Source: Dicyema japonicum (Eukaryota; Animalia; Dicyemida). From it: a stretch of 64,000 bases of DNA. Positions 13,440-26,700 of the stretch are shown piece after piece (within the stretch, counting starts at the first letter, position 1; the number at the start of each line of letters is the position of its first letter). Made by a program: the position numbers and the translations under genes. Location: contig RDEW01000083.1 of NCBI GenBank assembly GCA_011109175.1, positions 1-64,000 of the forward strand, read 5' to 3'. The notes beneath the pieces were generated by a model. The model was given only the letters and a program-made list of their open reading frames with translations, was not told the origin of the DNA and did not search any database.

Positions 13440-14005
13440 CTCCCCTAACCAGTCCTGGACCTATGCCCAGGCCGTTTGAATCGTCTCGTTTCTGAGAGGA
13501 TTATCCCACTCAGGCTTTCAAGATCAACACGTCTAACAGCTGCCTCCTGTCTTTCAAAGCTAATCACCAGGGCAGCCGATGACAATACTCAAGATGCCTG
13601 GATACGTCTTCTCTGCTTTGCACCTCTTGTCCTCGGATCACACAGGACCGAACTGAAAGAAGGGAACCTCAATTCAATCATCACGAGAAATGCCTCTAAA
13701 TACAATACTTTTAACCTGGCGACTGCACTGGGAAGTCATTCAATTGCTGACCATCCGCCCTCATCGTCCAGGATCAAGAAAGACAAGAGAGACATACGCA
13801 AAGAAGTGAATAAGAAGATCATGGTCGGCGACATTCGGAGAACTCTGCATACGTTCTCCAGCAATGACAAGGTTCTTTCACCAACTAAAGAAACCCTTAA
13901 GCTCATCACTAAAAACATCTACCCGCCCCGTCGGATATACGCGAAGGACATCCCACAATTGGCAACCATCACAGATGATGTACGATCCGCTATTTCATCT
14001 TTCTG
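13440..14005 (+). mobile_element. CRE-clade retrotransposon pre-RT fragment
   Basis: SRSTRLTAASCLSKLI...AWIRLLCFA...GDIRRTL...PTKETL...DVRSAISSF, resembling the CRE region upstream of RT. Confidence 0.55.
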
Positions 14006-14006
14006 A

Positions 14007-14500
14007 TTGGTTGAAATGGTGACGTTCCTCTGTTTTTCCCCGGAAAAATTATGTCTTTATCATCTTAGATTCAAACTTCTTGTTCACCATACAACGTTTA
14101 AGGCCTCTCATCTCTATTCAAGAAGGAACAACTATCTGAAGATCTGTCACGTTACAAAATTGACATCTGCTTACAAGAGACAAAGAATACCCTTGGATAC
14201 GAAGGAACCTTTGGAAACTACCGAATTATCTTACTCCCATCAGATAATCGTCATGACACCGTAATAAGAGAATTGTCGGAAAAGCAGAAGGAAACACGTT
14301 CGGAACTGGGAAGTTAAAATTCGAATAAAAGTGCATCAAAGAGAAAATGTAATCAAATATCACATTTAATAAGAGAACGATCGAATGACTTCTGGCACAA
14401 ATATTTGGACGATAATGCGACTGAAATTGAAAACTGTCAGTATGGAAGACAGATGTGGGCGAGGATGGCGAGGAAAATAGCTGTAATGCATGACTCAAGC
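14007..14500 (+). mobile_element. Decayed RTE 5' end/APE fragment
   Basis: 5' motif ggttgaaatggtgacgttcctc; ctgcttacaagagacaaag (CLQETK). Confidence 0.55.
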
Positions 14501-14599
14501 GAAACCCTTTTATGGCTAAGCGAATGAGTTTTTAACTAACTATTTCATCTTTCCCAGGATGCAGTAGTGCTGAATTGGTCAGAAGACTTTTTTTTGCAT

Positions 14600-15400
14600 C
14601 CAAACTGATGGTGTGTCCCTGAGAATTCAAAGTGCTGGCTCAATGTCTTCCGATACCTCAAAGTCACACAAGTCCATCTGTATCCAGCAAAAATAGTGAA
14701 AACGTAAATTCCATGCCAGAGATCAGAGGGCATGTATTTTTTGCTTCAGGACAGGAACTTGTTTTTTGATACCAATGATTCAGTTTGTAGTCATTGCAAG
14801 AAGGCTAAGAAATCAGTGGATCATTTGGCTACACGTTGTAGCAGAATGCTCAATAGTGACTACGTAAGGAGGCATAACGAAGTTGTTGGATGCAACCACC
14901 TTCATTTGTGTAGAATGTATGACATTCAGAAGTCTTAACGTCTAAAAACACATTCAGTTTAATCAACTGTTACAACACAGAGGTGGAGATCCATGTTGAC
15001 ACATCTATCGTAACTTACACTGAAGTGAAATACAATAAGCCAGACATTTTCGTTTATGAAATAATGAAGAATGAGACTGTGGTTGTAGAAATGGGAATCA
15101 CCACACAATAAGCACTCAACCTAACAGAAGTGAAAAAGTTACACAAATATGACTCGCTCTCTGGAAAATTGAGAATGTTATATGATCTCCTGTGAGAATT
15201 ATTCCTGTGGTTTTGACATGGATTATCTCCACGTGCTACAGAAATCATTTAAAACTCTGTCAATAAATGTGCCAATAAGAGCGTATATTCAGTCGGTGGT
15301 TCTAAAGAAAAGTTAGAAAATATTATTGTCGAGCAAAAAACGGAGTCAAGACATCAATTAAGAAAATCATTTACGTGTCGAGACGACTGGAAGGGCGGGC
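14600..15400 (+). mobile_element. R4/Dong-like (RLE) retrotransposon 3' region
   Basis: CSHCKK...DHLATRC...YVRRHNEVV; NKPDIFV and VEMGI restriction-like endonuclease motifs. Confidence 0.75.
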
Positions 15401-16149
15401 AACTCATTAGATTGGCGAATTTGCGGACCCACAGTCCAAGGAGGAAATGGAAGTCATGTGGATGGCTGCTGAAGACCCTCGTAAAAGAAGAAGGATATGT
15501 TAGACTAGTCCTTAATTGTCTTAATATGTCGCATAGGGATGTAATGTTATCTGAAGAACAGCGACCGAAGTACGTTACTTCAATAATTGAGGAAGACATT
15601 CCCAATGAAAAGTTTCCTCGTAAATGTGTAAAATGTTTTGTTAATGTCGATAAAAAATAGAAATTAAGTTTTGAAAATGCCCGGAAAATTATCATGAAAT
15701 AGTTTGTTACATTATTTTTTGTTTTTAAAAAAAATTAGTGACGTTATTTGATCGATAAAGTGACGTCAATGGTGAGGAAATCCTATGTTTACTCTTATTC
15801 AACCTTAATGATGAGAATGTAACGCTATTGATGAGAAATCCAACATATTTTCACGTTTCGTCGACAGATTTCCTAAAAGGATCAGTCCTCTCTTTTTAAT
15901 ATTCACTATGACTCATGCAACCTTTTTCAAAGCTGACGAAATCATTATTGCATCCAAGATAGAAGCATTCAAGTAGTTTTAATAAATCTTTTGTATGATT
16001 GGAAGTCATGAAGGCTACGAAATCCTCAGTAAACCTCTTGACAACAATAACAATTCAACTACAATCATACTTAAACAACCAATTTCTTCCTTCCATCTGA
16101 CATTCTCAGGGATGTATTCGACCGGTCTCTGTTCTAAAAGAAATCGAAA

Positions 16150-17220
16150 GTCTCTGAACTAAATACAATTGAAAATCAAGTGTTCTTAATAACAGATCAC
16201 TTAAAGGATTCCTTTCTGGTCTCTGCCATCTTTAGTTCTAGGAGGTCGATGAGACACGGGTTACTTGTCCATCTTAGGGGTCGATGAATGTGTTGATGCC
16301 CAAGTTTGATCTACTTGGAGGATAAAACTGCTCAGTTCAAACTTATACTAGAAACTCTTTCACATCTATTATGGTTTCTGGACATTGACGTTGAAAAGGC
16401 TAACTTTAACAACTTTATTAGCAAGGAAAATTAAAGAAGTTAGTTGACCTCATGCCACAAGTCCTGCAAACGCTTGGACTCTTCTCTGCGCTCTCAGATC
16501 CCTCTTATCGTTTATTCTGTGCTGCAACATACGAGTCAATGATGGCATCTATTTTTATGAAGTTTTCTATCATTTTTTCTGCTGGATCTTTTATCGACAT
16601 TACTAGCAAATTTTTATCTTATCTAGGTTCTCGTCGAGCCTTTTGTGTAGGACAATCTTGATCCCTGTACTCCTCGATTTTTCAAACGCAAGATAAAACG
16701 CTCTTTGCAGTGTATTCCATAAAGGATTGATGGAATGATCGTACGTGAAAATAAATAAGAACATATCCGTTTCGAGTCTCAATTTCCTCATACACAATAT
16801 CGCATGATGGGGTTTCTTCCTTTTGAGTTTAAAATCGCACAATATGCTCCCAGATATCTCAAAAGCTGTACCGAGATACTTCAGGGAGCTCACAATGTTG
16901 ATTCCGCATACGGAGTCTTTCTAAGCCTCCAGAAGAAATTTTTTCCATAATTTTTGAATTTGACCATATCAGGCTGATCGGGTAGTAGTTTGCAGGATCA
17001 TTCTTCGGTCTTTTAGTTTTCGCTACCATTCATACAATAGTCTTCTTCCATTCATGTGAAACATGACCAATTTTGATGCATGCGTTGAACACATCTTTGA
17101 GAACTTCGAATAATATTTCCGGACCATCTTTAAACATCCTAGCTTTAATGAAATCATTGCCCGGAGCTTTATTCTTGACAGTCTTATTGCTATCTTCAGC
17201 TCTTCTAGAGAGATCTCTAT
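16150..17220 (-). mobile_element. Decayed LINE RT (Jockey/I-like)
   Basis: Minus-strand KNKAPGND, WKKTIV, SYYP and SSLKYLG fragments similar to the 45047-46101 RT. Confidence 0.55.
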
Positions 17221-18799
17221 AAATACTGTTTTCGCTAACCTATTATTATATTCAACATTCGTAAAATCATAATAGTTATAATTTTACTCGTGCAGCATTC
17301 AAAACAATCCTCCGAACCAACTTCTTCCAACCTCCTCGATCGTAGGAGAGTTTCCTCAACTGTCAGGTCGTCCCCACTTCTTAGACGTTTGTTCACGAGC
17401 TTTAGAACTCCAGCAAGTGTTTCAGGTAGTGTAATACGCCGGCGTCTACGAAAGCACGGTCCATTTCTCATAAAATGGTCTTCTCCATTGCTATGATTGC
17501 TGGAGCGCTCAAGTCCATACGCAAGAAATGTCCAAATAGCCTCTAACGCATATCAGTAATTTCGAACTCAGGACCCGTGCAACATCTTGTACAGCGATTT
17601 ACTGTTTTATTCTTGCTGGCAGTTCAGTCAAGTAGGGATCTAAGTTGTCTTCGATGGAAAGAGTCTAGTCCATGTAAAAATTTTTTACAAAACCTATCAA
17701 TCACGAAATAAAACAATCCATGACTGGATAACCACTAAAGCCATCAGAAGCATTGATATCAAAAAGCTTTTGAGATTGCTAGAAGCGATCGGATTCTGAG
17801 CCGCAGAGTGATGAACGGATGTCGCACGGTCGAGTAATGGGGAATAGCTGAGCAGAGAAATTAGTTAAATTGACCATTTTTCTCTTAAAGAATTAATCTT
17901 GTAGAAGTTTGAAATTGAAATTCCATAAGGGATATCCCAGCGTCAGTTTAAGAACTGAATATATAAGACAGAATTGAAAAAGACGTCTACCTCGTTACTA
18001 TGAAGAACATTAAACGTCCCACCAATCATGAATACCTTACGGAACGTCATCGGGACTTCTTCAAAATGGCAAAGTCTCCTGACCATCCCTCGGACCGCAC
18101 ATCAAAACTATATATGGACGCCTGCCCGAGATATGAGAAGAAACATTCCTCGTTGTGACTGTGATCCATTCGCATGTCATCTCCAACCCAAAGGCGATTC
18201 CTATAACTGATTTTCAAAAATTTTAAAACATTCGCATAAAAAAGTTGTCTGGAATAATAACTTTTCTAGTACGAAAACTCTGCTTCAAGAATAATTATCT
18301 ATAAAAACCGCATCAACGACCACCTACATTAAGAATCAAAAAATTATCACAATTAGGACCATTTCACGATGCTCATTATACAATTCCACGTGTTAAACGT
18401 CTAGAAATCTATCTCACTGCCTTTGGGCCTCCACAAACAAAAGGAGAATAATTCTTGCCCTCAGTGATCAAATTCGGATTCTACCAACTTATCAATACGA
18501 AATAAAACTATCCATGACTGGATATCCACTAAAGCCATCAGAAGCATTGATATCAACAAGCTTTTAGGAGTTTTCCACCTGTTTTTGACCGAAGTGAAGT
18601 TGATGTCCACTTTGTGAGCCTACGTTGTGATCACAAGTTGATTTGTACAGGATCGGACAATCGTCATCTCCACCATGTCCATTATGCTTTCTTGACGATG
18701 GAAGGAGAGCCACCTCTTCTTTTCTCCGGGTCCACCTCCGAGTCCCCAAAAGAACTAAATACACCTGTTAGATCCCTGGGACATGGCGCTATTGTCTGT

Positions 18800-19900
18800 G
18801 ACGTTCTTGTTAGTCACCTGTTTCTTTGATTCGAAGAAACATGGAGTAAATACATAAATCCAGCCGCAAACTGAATTAAGATTCCCACACAAATTTCTTT
18901 GGCTGTTGAAAGATACAGCATCGTCAATACACTTTGAAGTAACTTTACTACAATCAATGTTGATTTCATGAAACTATTTACATCGAATGTATATTTACCA
19001 AACGTCCAGTCAGAAAGTTCAGGACAAAAAAAATTCTCAATCATTTTAGACAAAACGAATGAAACCATTTGGCAAAATGATTTTATATCAATAGATTCAT
19101 CAAGTTGAAGACTTATAGGGAATGGATATTCTTTAATTCTGTTTGGGATAAAATATCACCACCTAATCTTGAATTCTTGATATATTGTAACAACAAAAGT
19201 GAGAGAATATATTCTATTTATACTAAAAATCAGCTCCAGTAAAAATTCTGCCGTAAAAAACAACAAAGGGTATATTACAAGTTCATAGAGTAAGGCTTTT
19301 TTCATTTCGCAATAATATAGGAACCTATTTTGCATTTAAGAGAAATTTTAGAGTCACTTTTTGGGTAAGCAGTTCAGGTGTGAGATTGACATTCGGATGA
19401 AAATATTTTTGATGTATCGTTAATTAAATTATATTGATTTTTAAATTCAAAATTCACGAGGATAGGCTGATTTTGTTGGAGACAGTGCGAAACTGTTGAA
19501 AAACGCATCTGACTTCAGTTATCGAATTTCCAACGGAATTAAGCTACTAATAAAAAGTCATTTGTTTTGTGTAACATAACTCCTGCAGAAGCTCACCTAC
19601 AAATTCCATATAATCTGGAGAAGAGCATTAAGTGGATGTGAGGACGATAAAAATTTAGTTGATCCGTCAACATTTAAACTCATCAATTTTTTCCTGGTTT
19701 TTTGCTTTCTCCTAATTTTAATAGTATTTGAGTTTAATAGTAAATAAATGTATCTGGGAAATGTTTACCATGATGTTGTCCCAAATCTACTATTAGTGAA
19801 TAAGTGATCTCATACCAATTGTTCTCAGTAAAATCGTTTTAATTGGTCTTTAGGGAGTACAGCGATTTGAATGTTTTAAGGTCAATAAGTACCACGTTCA
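18800..19900 (-). mobile_element. Decayed hAT (Charlie/ZBED5-type) transposase
   Basis: Minus-strand SLQLDESIDI...QMVSFV motif; many stops. Confidence 0.55.
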
Positions 19901-20202
19901 CTTAAGTGTTAGAAAATGTTCAGTGGTAAAATGTTACTGTGGATTCCATTGAAATATATATGAATTATTACATTAAAGCTTTTTGTTTTATTTTTATTAA
20001 GGATTTTACGTATTATAGACTTTAACAACCAAATTGAATTTAATACAATATACTTTTTTTCTGAATGTGTCTCCAATGTAGACAACATCCACATATTATA
20101 GAAAAACATAAAATAAGAGCAATATTGACCCATATATGACGACGTTTATATTCATTAACCTAATTTAAATATAAGTAACGAAACTTACAACATTATTGAT
20201 GG

Positions 20203-21779
20203 ATGAAGGAAAAGAATTTAGATTTTAAAAGAATGGACATAACTGAGGCTCCGATATTATTAGCTGTTTCTGTCCAAATGTTATCAAGGGATTATATAAC
20301 TCTCACCAAAGTTACGGACATACCGACAGTAAAGATTTATGTAATTAATAAAGGTTGAAGAACTAGAACAAATTTTGCATAGTTTGCCAGAACAAAACAC
20401 AGAAATGCTTATAGAAAGCATAGAAAAAATCTTATTATGTTTGACAGATGATAATCCACCAACCGAGACAATTTTGGAGTCGAACTCTCTTCCAGTCATA
20501 ATTCAGTGCATTTCTCGATTCGACTCACCAACTCTACAATACCAGGCACTTTGTGCGGTGTCGAATCTGGTGCCAAGCTTTTCTGAGAATCAACATAGCG
20601 TCATTGATATCAATATTATCCAGAATTTGACCTCTTTACTCGACTCACAAGACTTGAGATTGAAAAATCAGGCTCTTTGGACATTAGGAAATATTTGTGG
20701 TGACCGTGTATTTAATCTTTAGGAAGTATCTTGAAGTATATGGACCTTAGTATTTCTTCGAAAATTCAAGAACCATTGTTAAAATTAATTTCACGAACCA
20801 CAGAGAGTTTTATGTGATTTCTTAGTTAGAATCCACAATGAAGATCGCTGCATGGGTGTTTCATAATTATTACATGAAACATCAATATGGATATAAAGAA
20901 TTTAACAATTTATGCGGTCCACCGATAAAGATTATGCTGTCTATGGATGACTCGATTGTGTTGTTGTACACTCTAATGGTGATGTCAGAAAATAGTTTGA
21001 CAAATAATATGTTCTATGACTTCTTTCTCGAATATGGTTAGCAGTCATTAGAATTTGTGCAGATCTCTCATCCAGGATTCTTGGTTTGCTTAATTCCTTT
21101 CAATATGAATATGTTAAACTAATATTATCATTAATTAATCATATCCGATTTGTGTAGAGCTAATGGAAGTATTTTGAGTTATTAATTTAGATTTTTGTCG
21201 ATAACGGAATTTTAATAACATTAAAGAAAATCATCGAATTAGAATACACAGAGTTGTTTCCTGATATATTCCGATTCATAGATTCAATTGCTTTTTATGA
21301 TGAATATGTTTTTTATATATACGAATCTGGATGCTTCATAAAATCATTTGAAATTCTCATATCAGTGAATTTTGTATTAAATGTAGGCTGATAAACAACT
21401 CACTTTAATAATATTACTATGATGGATGTTGTTTTTGTTAACTCATCACCGTTATATGATTGCTATTTTGATATTAACAGAATGATCGAAATTTTCACGG
21501 AAATATTAAGTACAAAAGACGAAGTTATAGTATTTTACACATTGGTCAGTATTTTGAGTTTTATAAGGATTTTTAATCCAACACTCGTTTATGTAGATTT
21601 AGATCCTCGTGCTTATAATTTAATGAAAAAAGTGGAAGATTTTCAATATCATTATGATATGGAGTCAAAATGAAAGCTAGAGAAATTATTGATTCTACGT
21701 TTTTTGAGGTATTTAATTTAATCATTTTGAGGAATATTTTTATTTTGATGATTATTACTATCATATGAAAAAATTATAA
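20203..21779 (+). CDS. Divergent importin-alpha-like ARM-repeat protein (mini-introns, several frameshifts)
   Basis: DNPP...ILES, PTLQYQALCAVSNL, NQALWTLGNICG. Putative GT-AG introns of 22-26 nt. Start codon uncertain; at least 3 frameshifts in the 3' half. Confidence 0.7.
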
Positions 21780-21834
21780 ATTAATTACTTGGATTAATAT
21801 TTTGGTCGATATCTTTGATGTTTGATTAATATGA

Positions 21835-22450
21835 CTTTTTTGTTTAAGTTGTGACGTCTCTCTTGTATGTCTAAAACGGAACGAATGTGAAACGCTGATT
21901 GGAATGCTTTGCAGAGGTAAGAGAAAAACAAACGAAGAAGTTTTAGTATATTCTGCTCTGCGGCCGATCTATCTTTGTTCGATACTTTTTTAATATTTCC
22001 ACGTGGTTTCTAACACCAAATCGTTTTCTAAAATATCATTTTAATATTTCTATATTTTCTAACTGATTTATTCGTATTTCTTACCGACTTCTCAGTTCAC
22101 TCTAGGATCTTTCAATTGCAGAGGACTTGATCAACCTTACAAGAAACACCAACTGGTATGCGATCTAGCTAAATATGACGTCTCTCTCTGTCTACAAGAG
22201 ACAAAAACGACCGTACAATGTACAGAACTGTTTGGAAATTTCCACCTTTTTATCCTCCCGTCGGACTGCCGAGATTATGGTCTCGGATTTGCAGTCCATC
22301 AGGACATGATTCACTACGTACAAGGGTGTGGACAGTATCTGATATTATAATGGAAATGGCGAACGACCTGGACTTCCTAAGAGAACTAGTGCGCACAGAA
22401 GATCAGGGTCGAAGCTAACGGAGAGGATAGTTCGGAATACGGCACAAGGA
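21835..22450 (+). mobile_element. Internally deleted RTE derivative
   Basis: 5' ttgtgacgtctctc motif, FNCRGL/CLQETK APE start, then an RTE C-terminal remnant. The 5' ~150 nt recur inverted at ~59830-59985. Confidence 0.6.
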
Positions 22451-23009
22451 AAACAACTAATTTTATGTTTTCTCGGGAGTGCTTTTTAATCATTAATAAT
22501 ATTTTTTAACTTGGAGCCTGTATACGTGGAGCCTAAATTCTAATTTACCCAAGATTTTGTTATAACACTTTTTTTAATTTAAAAATTATTTAACATAGAA
22601 ACAAATGTTAGTTGATGAAGCCGGCAAACAGTTAAGGTCATCCCAATTCCACATTACCAGCGCCATTTTACGTCTGTGGTCCTCTACTGTACCTACCAAT
22701 GCAATAAAGAGTCTCCTGGTCGTTGCACAGGAAATCGATTGGAGAAAAGAAATTCTGGCTGACCGACTTCGTTAGCCTGAGACTGAATTAATATCGCGAG
22801 TATCTGTTCTCTTCACAAAAGTGACTTCAATCCCTGCCTGATAGTTTAATTAATTCCATGTTTTACATTTTTGATTTCCCTCCGCAGGGGAGTAGTAATG
22901 TTTCCATTACTTAATAGTGGAACCACATAGTTAATTTATTATTTCTAACTTCACATGAGTAGAATTATTTATAACTCCACATTTTTATTTCTCACTCCAT
23001 TTGCTGCTA

Positions 23010-23590
23010 ATAATAAACCTCCAAGGAGGAACACACATTTTATTTATGAAGGAAATAACAATTATCTTAATTAATGGAGGAATGAGGCTAAGACATCGAA
23101 AGTGTTCTTAGCTTCTTTTTGGTTGCGTGAGTCCATTAAGACAGTCCGGCTCAACAGTGATAAATCACTGATGACGGTGTTACACAACAATCCAAAAGTT
23201 TCTAATATTTGTAGAACTTTCAACCTAGTTGGACAGTAGCGAGGTTCGAACCCGAAGGCATCTGGATTTTGTAAGGCACTTGTGATCATCCCAATGGTTT
23301 ATAGAGAAATGAAATTATTCCAAGATTAAGTCCAAACTAACTAATCCCGTAATCCTGACACGTTCCAGCAGAACCCACATCCAAGCAGTGATCCAGAGTA
23401 CATTGTAGCAGAATCTATGGTTGAAACCAAAACTCATGGCCAGGGAGGGAAATTGTCTCCCGGTGGAAAGAAGAGATTGATCATTTTGATTGCCGTCATG
23501 ACACTGAGGTCCCTTGAGTAAGATGGATCCGATGACGCCACTATTAGAGAGAGAAATCCAATTAAGTAGCCACATGGCACCACATGGCAA
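23010..23590 (-). mobile_element. Short non-autonomous Vingi-like derivative
   Basis: 5' GCCATGTGG motif as in the 2A elements, C-terminal ...DVLASFLH*, 3' stem CCTCCA...TGGAGG and an AT tail. Confidence 0.45.
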
Positions 23591-23796
23591 TATATTTATT
23601 TTTTATTTTAAAACCAAGAATCACCGACAATCTCGCGGAATGGACTGTACAAAACGTGTGATTATACACCAATAAGTCTCGAAATCGTCGGAGACTGTTT
23701 GGACACGTCCTGAGGTTGGACCGACATCTCCCCGAATATTGCCATGGAAGATTGCGACTCCTCCTATGTTAAACGAATTCGTTGAAGAACGGTCGT

Positions 23797-26700
23797 TTTA
23801 CAAGGCGACCTGAAAGGCACAAAGAAAACACTAGCATCTGCTGGTGACCTGTACACACCGAGGGATCTGTATAAAAACAGAAAAGCCTGGAATAAGCTAA
23901 CTCTTTCTCTCTATCAGGTCTCTCATCTTTTTCCGGTGGACCTTCCGAGGTCCAACACAGCTTCTCTGAGGACGGGAGGGTTTTGAAAGAAATACCAGAG
24001 GGGTGATGTAAAGTCTTCTAGAAAGACCCAATCCATTAGAGCATTGTAGGAAGTTGGATTTTCGGCACAGAGCGGCGAATCCCTTCCCATTTTGTCCGAT
24101 AAGGTCTTCCAGAGAAGTGGGTGTGAGACTGACTGTTCTCACGAGCTTGCCGATAGTTGTAGCTGATAGGGACTGAATATCACTGATTTTCTGTTTGTTC
24201 GTCCAGGATAGGTTGATTCCTCAAGACGCACAGGCGTAGCTGATAGATGGCTCAATGAATTTTTTATGTAGTAGTTTCAATGCTGGTAAAGGGGTTTTGA
24301 TGCCACCAAAAATAGATTTGATCAAACCAAGTTTTCTTGAGCAGATTCCGGAGATATATTCGACATGAGGGAAGAAAGTCATGTGCGTTTCAAAAACGAC
24401 TCCTAAGATTTTTAATTTCTTCGTAAAAGGTATTTTAGTTTGGTTGATAAATAAATCAACTGTCATTCTTCCAAGACGTTTGTCTGAGGTAAATAGGGAT
24501 GTAGAGGACTTCTCAGGAGATATATCAAGTCTTTTGGAGATTAACCAATTTTGAATCACGTGTAGTTGTTTTTGAACTCTTTCCGAGGCTTTTAGGAGAT
24601 CCTGGTCACGAGATCCAATTAGAATGTCATCAGCATAGGAGAGGAGAAAATCGTCTTTATCAACTGATCGTGGCAAATCGGACATAAAAAGGTTAAATAA
24701 GGCGGGGGACAAAGGAGAGCCTTGCGGAACACCATTGGGAAGTAGTCTCGAAAGTGATTTGGTCCCATCCATACAAACCCGGGCCCTTCTCCCGCTGAGG
24801 AAATTCGAAAGCCAGAGTTTTAGATTGGGGTTAATGGAGAGTCCAAATAATTTCCTGGTTAAGATTTTCCTTGAGACAGAGTCAAAGGCTTTACGCAGAT
24901 CCACAGAGCAGACGATGGTTTTGAGGTGACGAGGACTTGAGTTGAAGCCATCAAGGATAAATTGAGTGAGAGAAGTAAGGTGGGTTTTTGGTTGAGGTGG
25001 TGACGTTCCTCTATAGCACATATGTCTTTCTCACGTCTAATATCTAACTGCCCTTTTTCTGTGGGTACCTGAATGTAAAAGGACTCAATCCAACATACAA
25101 GAAGCTTCAGCTGTCACGTGATTTGGATCACTATAAGGTATCAGTATGCTGCCTATAAAAAACAAAAATAACTGACAACACATGCATGCGGGTGGGAAAT
25201 GATCATTTGATTACCTTTCCAACAACGTGTCGTCACTATGGACTTGGATTTGCTATTCATCACACATTGTATAGTCGTATATCTCGGATGTGGGTTATTA
25301 CAGACAGGATTGCGGTACTGCAAATCCGGTGGGGAAGCAAACCAAACTCTACAGTGACAATCATCAACATATACGACTGGAATCAAGGCGTCTGCCAATC
25401 CAGAAGAACTAGACGAATTCTACTCCGCCCTTATAAGGGTTTACAACACCCTCAGTTCTTCATATTTTTGCTTAATTGCCGGTGACTGGAATGCCAAAAC
25501 AGGAAAAGCCAGATCTGGAGAAACTTGTATCGGATCTCATGGAAGAAATCGGCGAAACACGCCCGGAATGGCATTAATCCACTTTTGCACTTCCTTGGAT
25601 CTGTTTTTGTGCAATACGGCATTCCGTCACCCAGCGAGACACAAGACGACGTGGACTGGAACTAGGAAGGATTTGCAAGGAAATTACATAAAAATATATA
25701 ATCAAATTGACTACATACTATGCAGACGAGGTCACAAACATCTCCTCGTAGACTCCAGGTCATATGGAGGATTAGAGACAAATAGTGATCATAAAATTGT
25801 GGTTACCCGCATTGGACTATACAAAGTCCATAACCAAATGAAAACACCTTCCAATAAAAAGCAGGAGCAATATGATATCCAATTATTACATGACAAGTCA
25901 ACTCAACAGAAATATGCGTATCAACTAAATCTTGAACTTAATGATATCGACGAAACTAAACCTGTTCATATTATTTGGGACAAAGTCACAAAGTCGATAA
26001 AAGGTACAGCATGTGATGTGTTGGGAAGTATTACAAAACCCCGTAAATTTTACAATCATGATATTTGCGTCCTATCAGAAAACCAGAAAGCCTTGAGATT
26101 GAAGATAGAAAACTCAAGGTCTCCAGAAAAGGCCAAGGAACTTCGGCAACAACGAAACCGAACATTATTAAAAATCAAGCAAACTCAGAAATCCCTAACG
26201 GCTAAAGAAATAGAAAAACAAATTGAAGACATTGAAAAATATAAAGATGGAGTGAAAATGTTCAAAGCTATTCAATTAATAAGAAAAAGAGTGCAAGCCC
26301 CATAATAATCAATTACATCCTTGGCAGAATAATTATCGATGAAAAGGACGAAGCAGCTACTATATCTGCTTATTACTATCATATGCTCAACTGGGACAAC
26401 GAAATAGGCTATAAATTTGGTGCACAAGTTAAGCATGGTTTGGACATCCCAATAAACACACAAGAAACACTGGATGCAATTAAAAAATTGAAAAATGACA
26501 GATCGGCAGGACCAGAGAATATCCCAGCCGAACTTATAAAGTATGAAGAAAACACAATCATTACCAATGTACTCAACAAAATATTTGAAGAAAACACTAC
26601 GTTAGACATTGGCAAGGGTTGGTTAATTCCACTGCAAAAACCGGGAAAACCCAAAGGGCCCCTTTCCGACCTAAGACCAATCATCCTACTAACTACGCTG

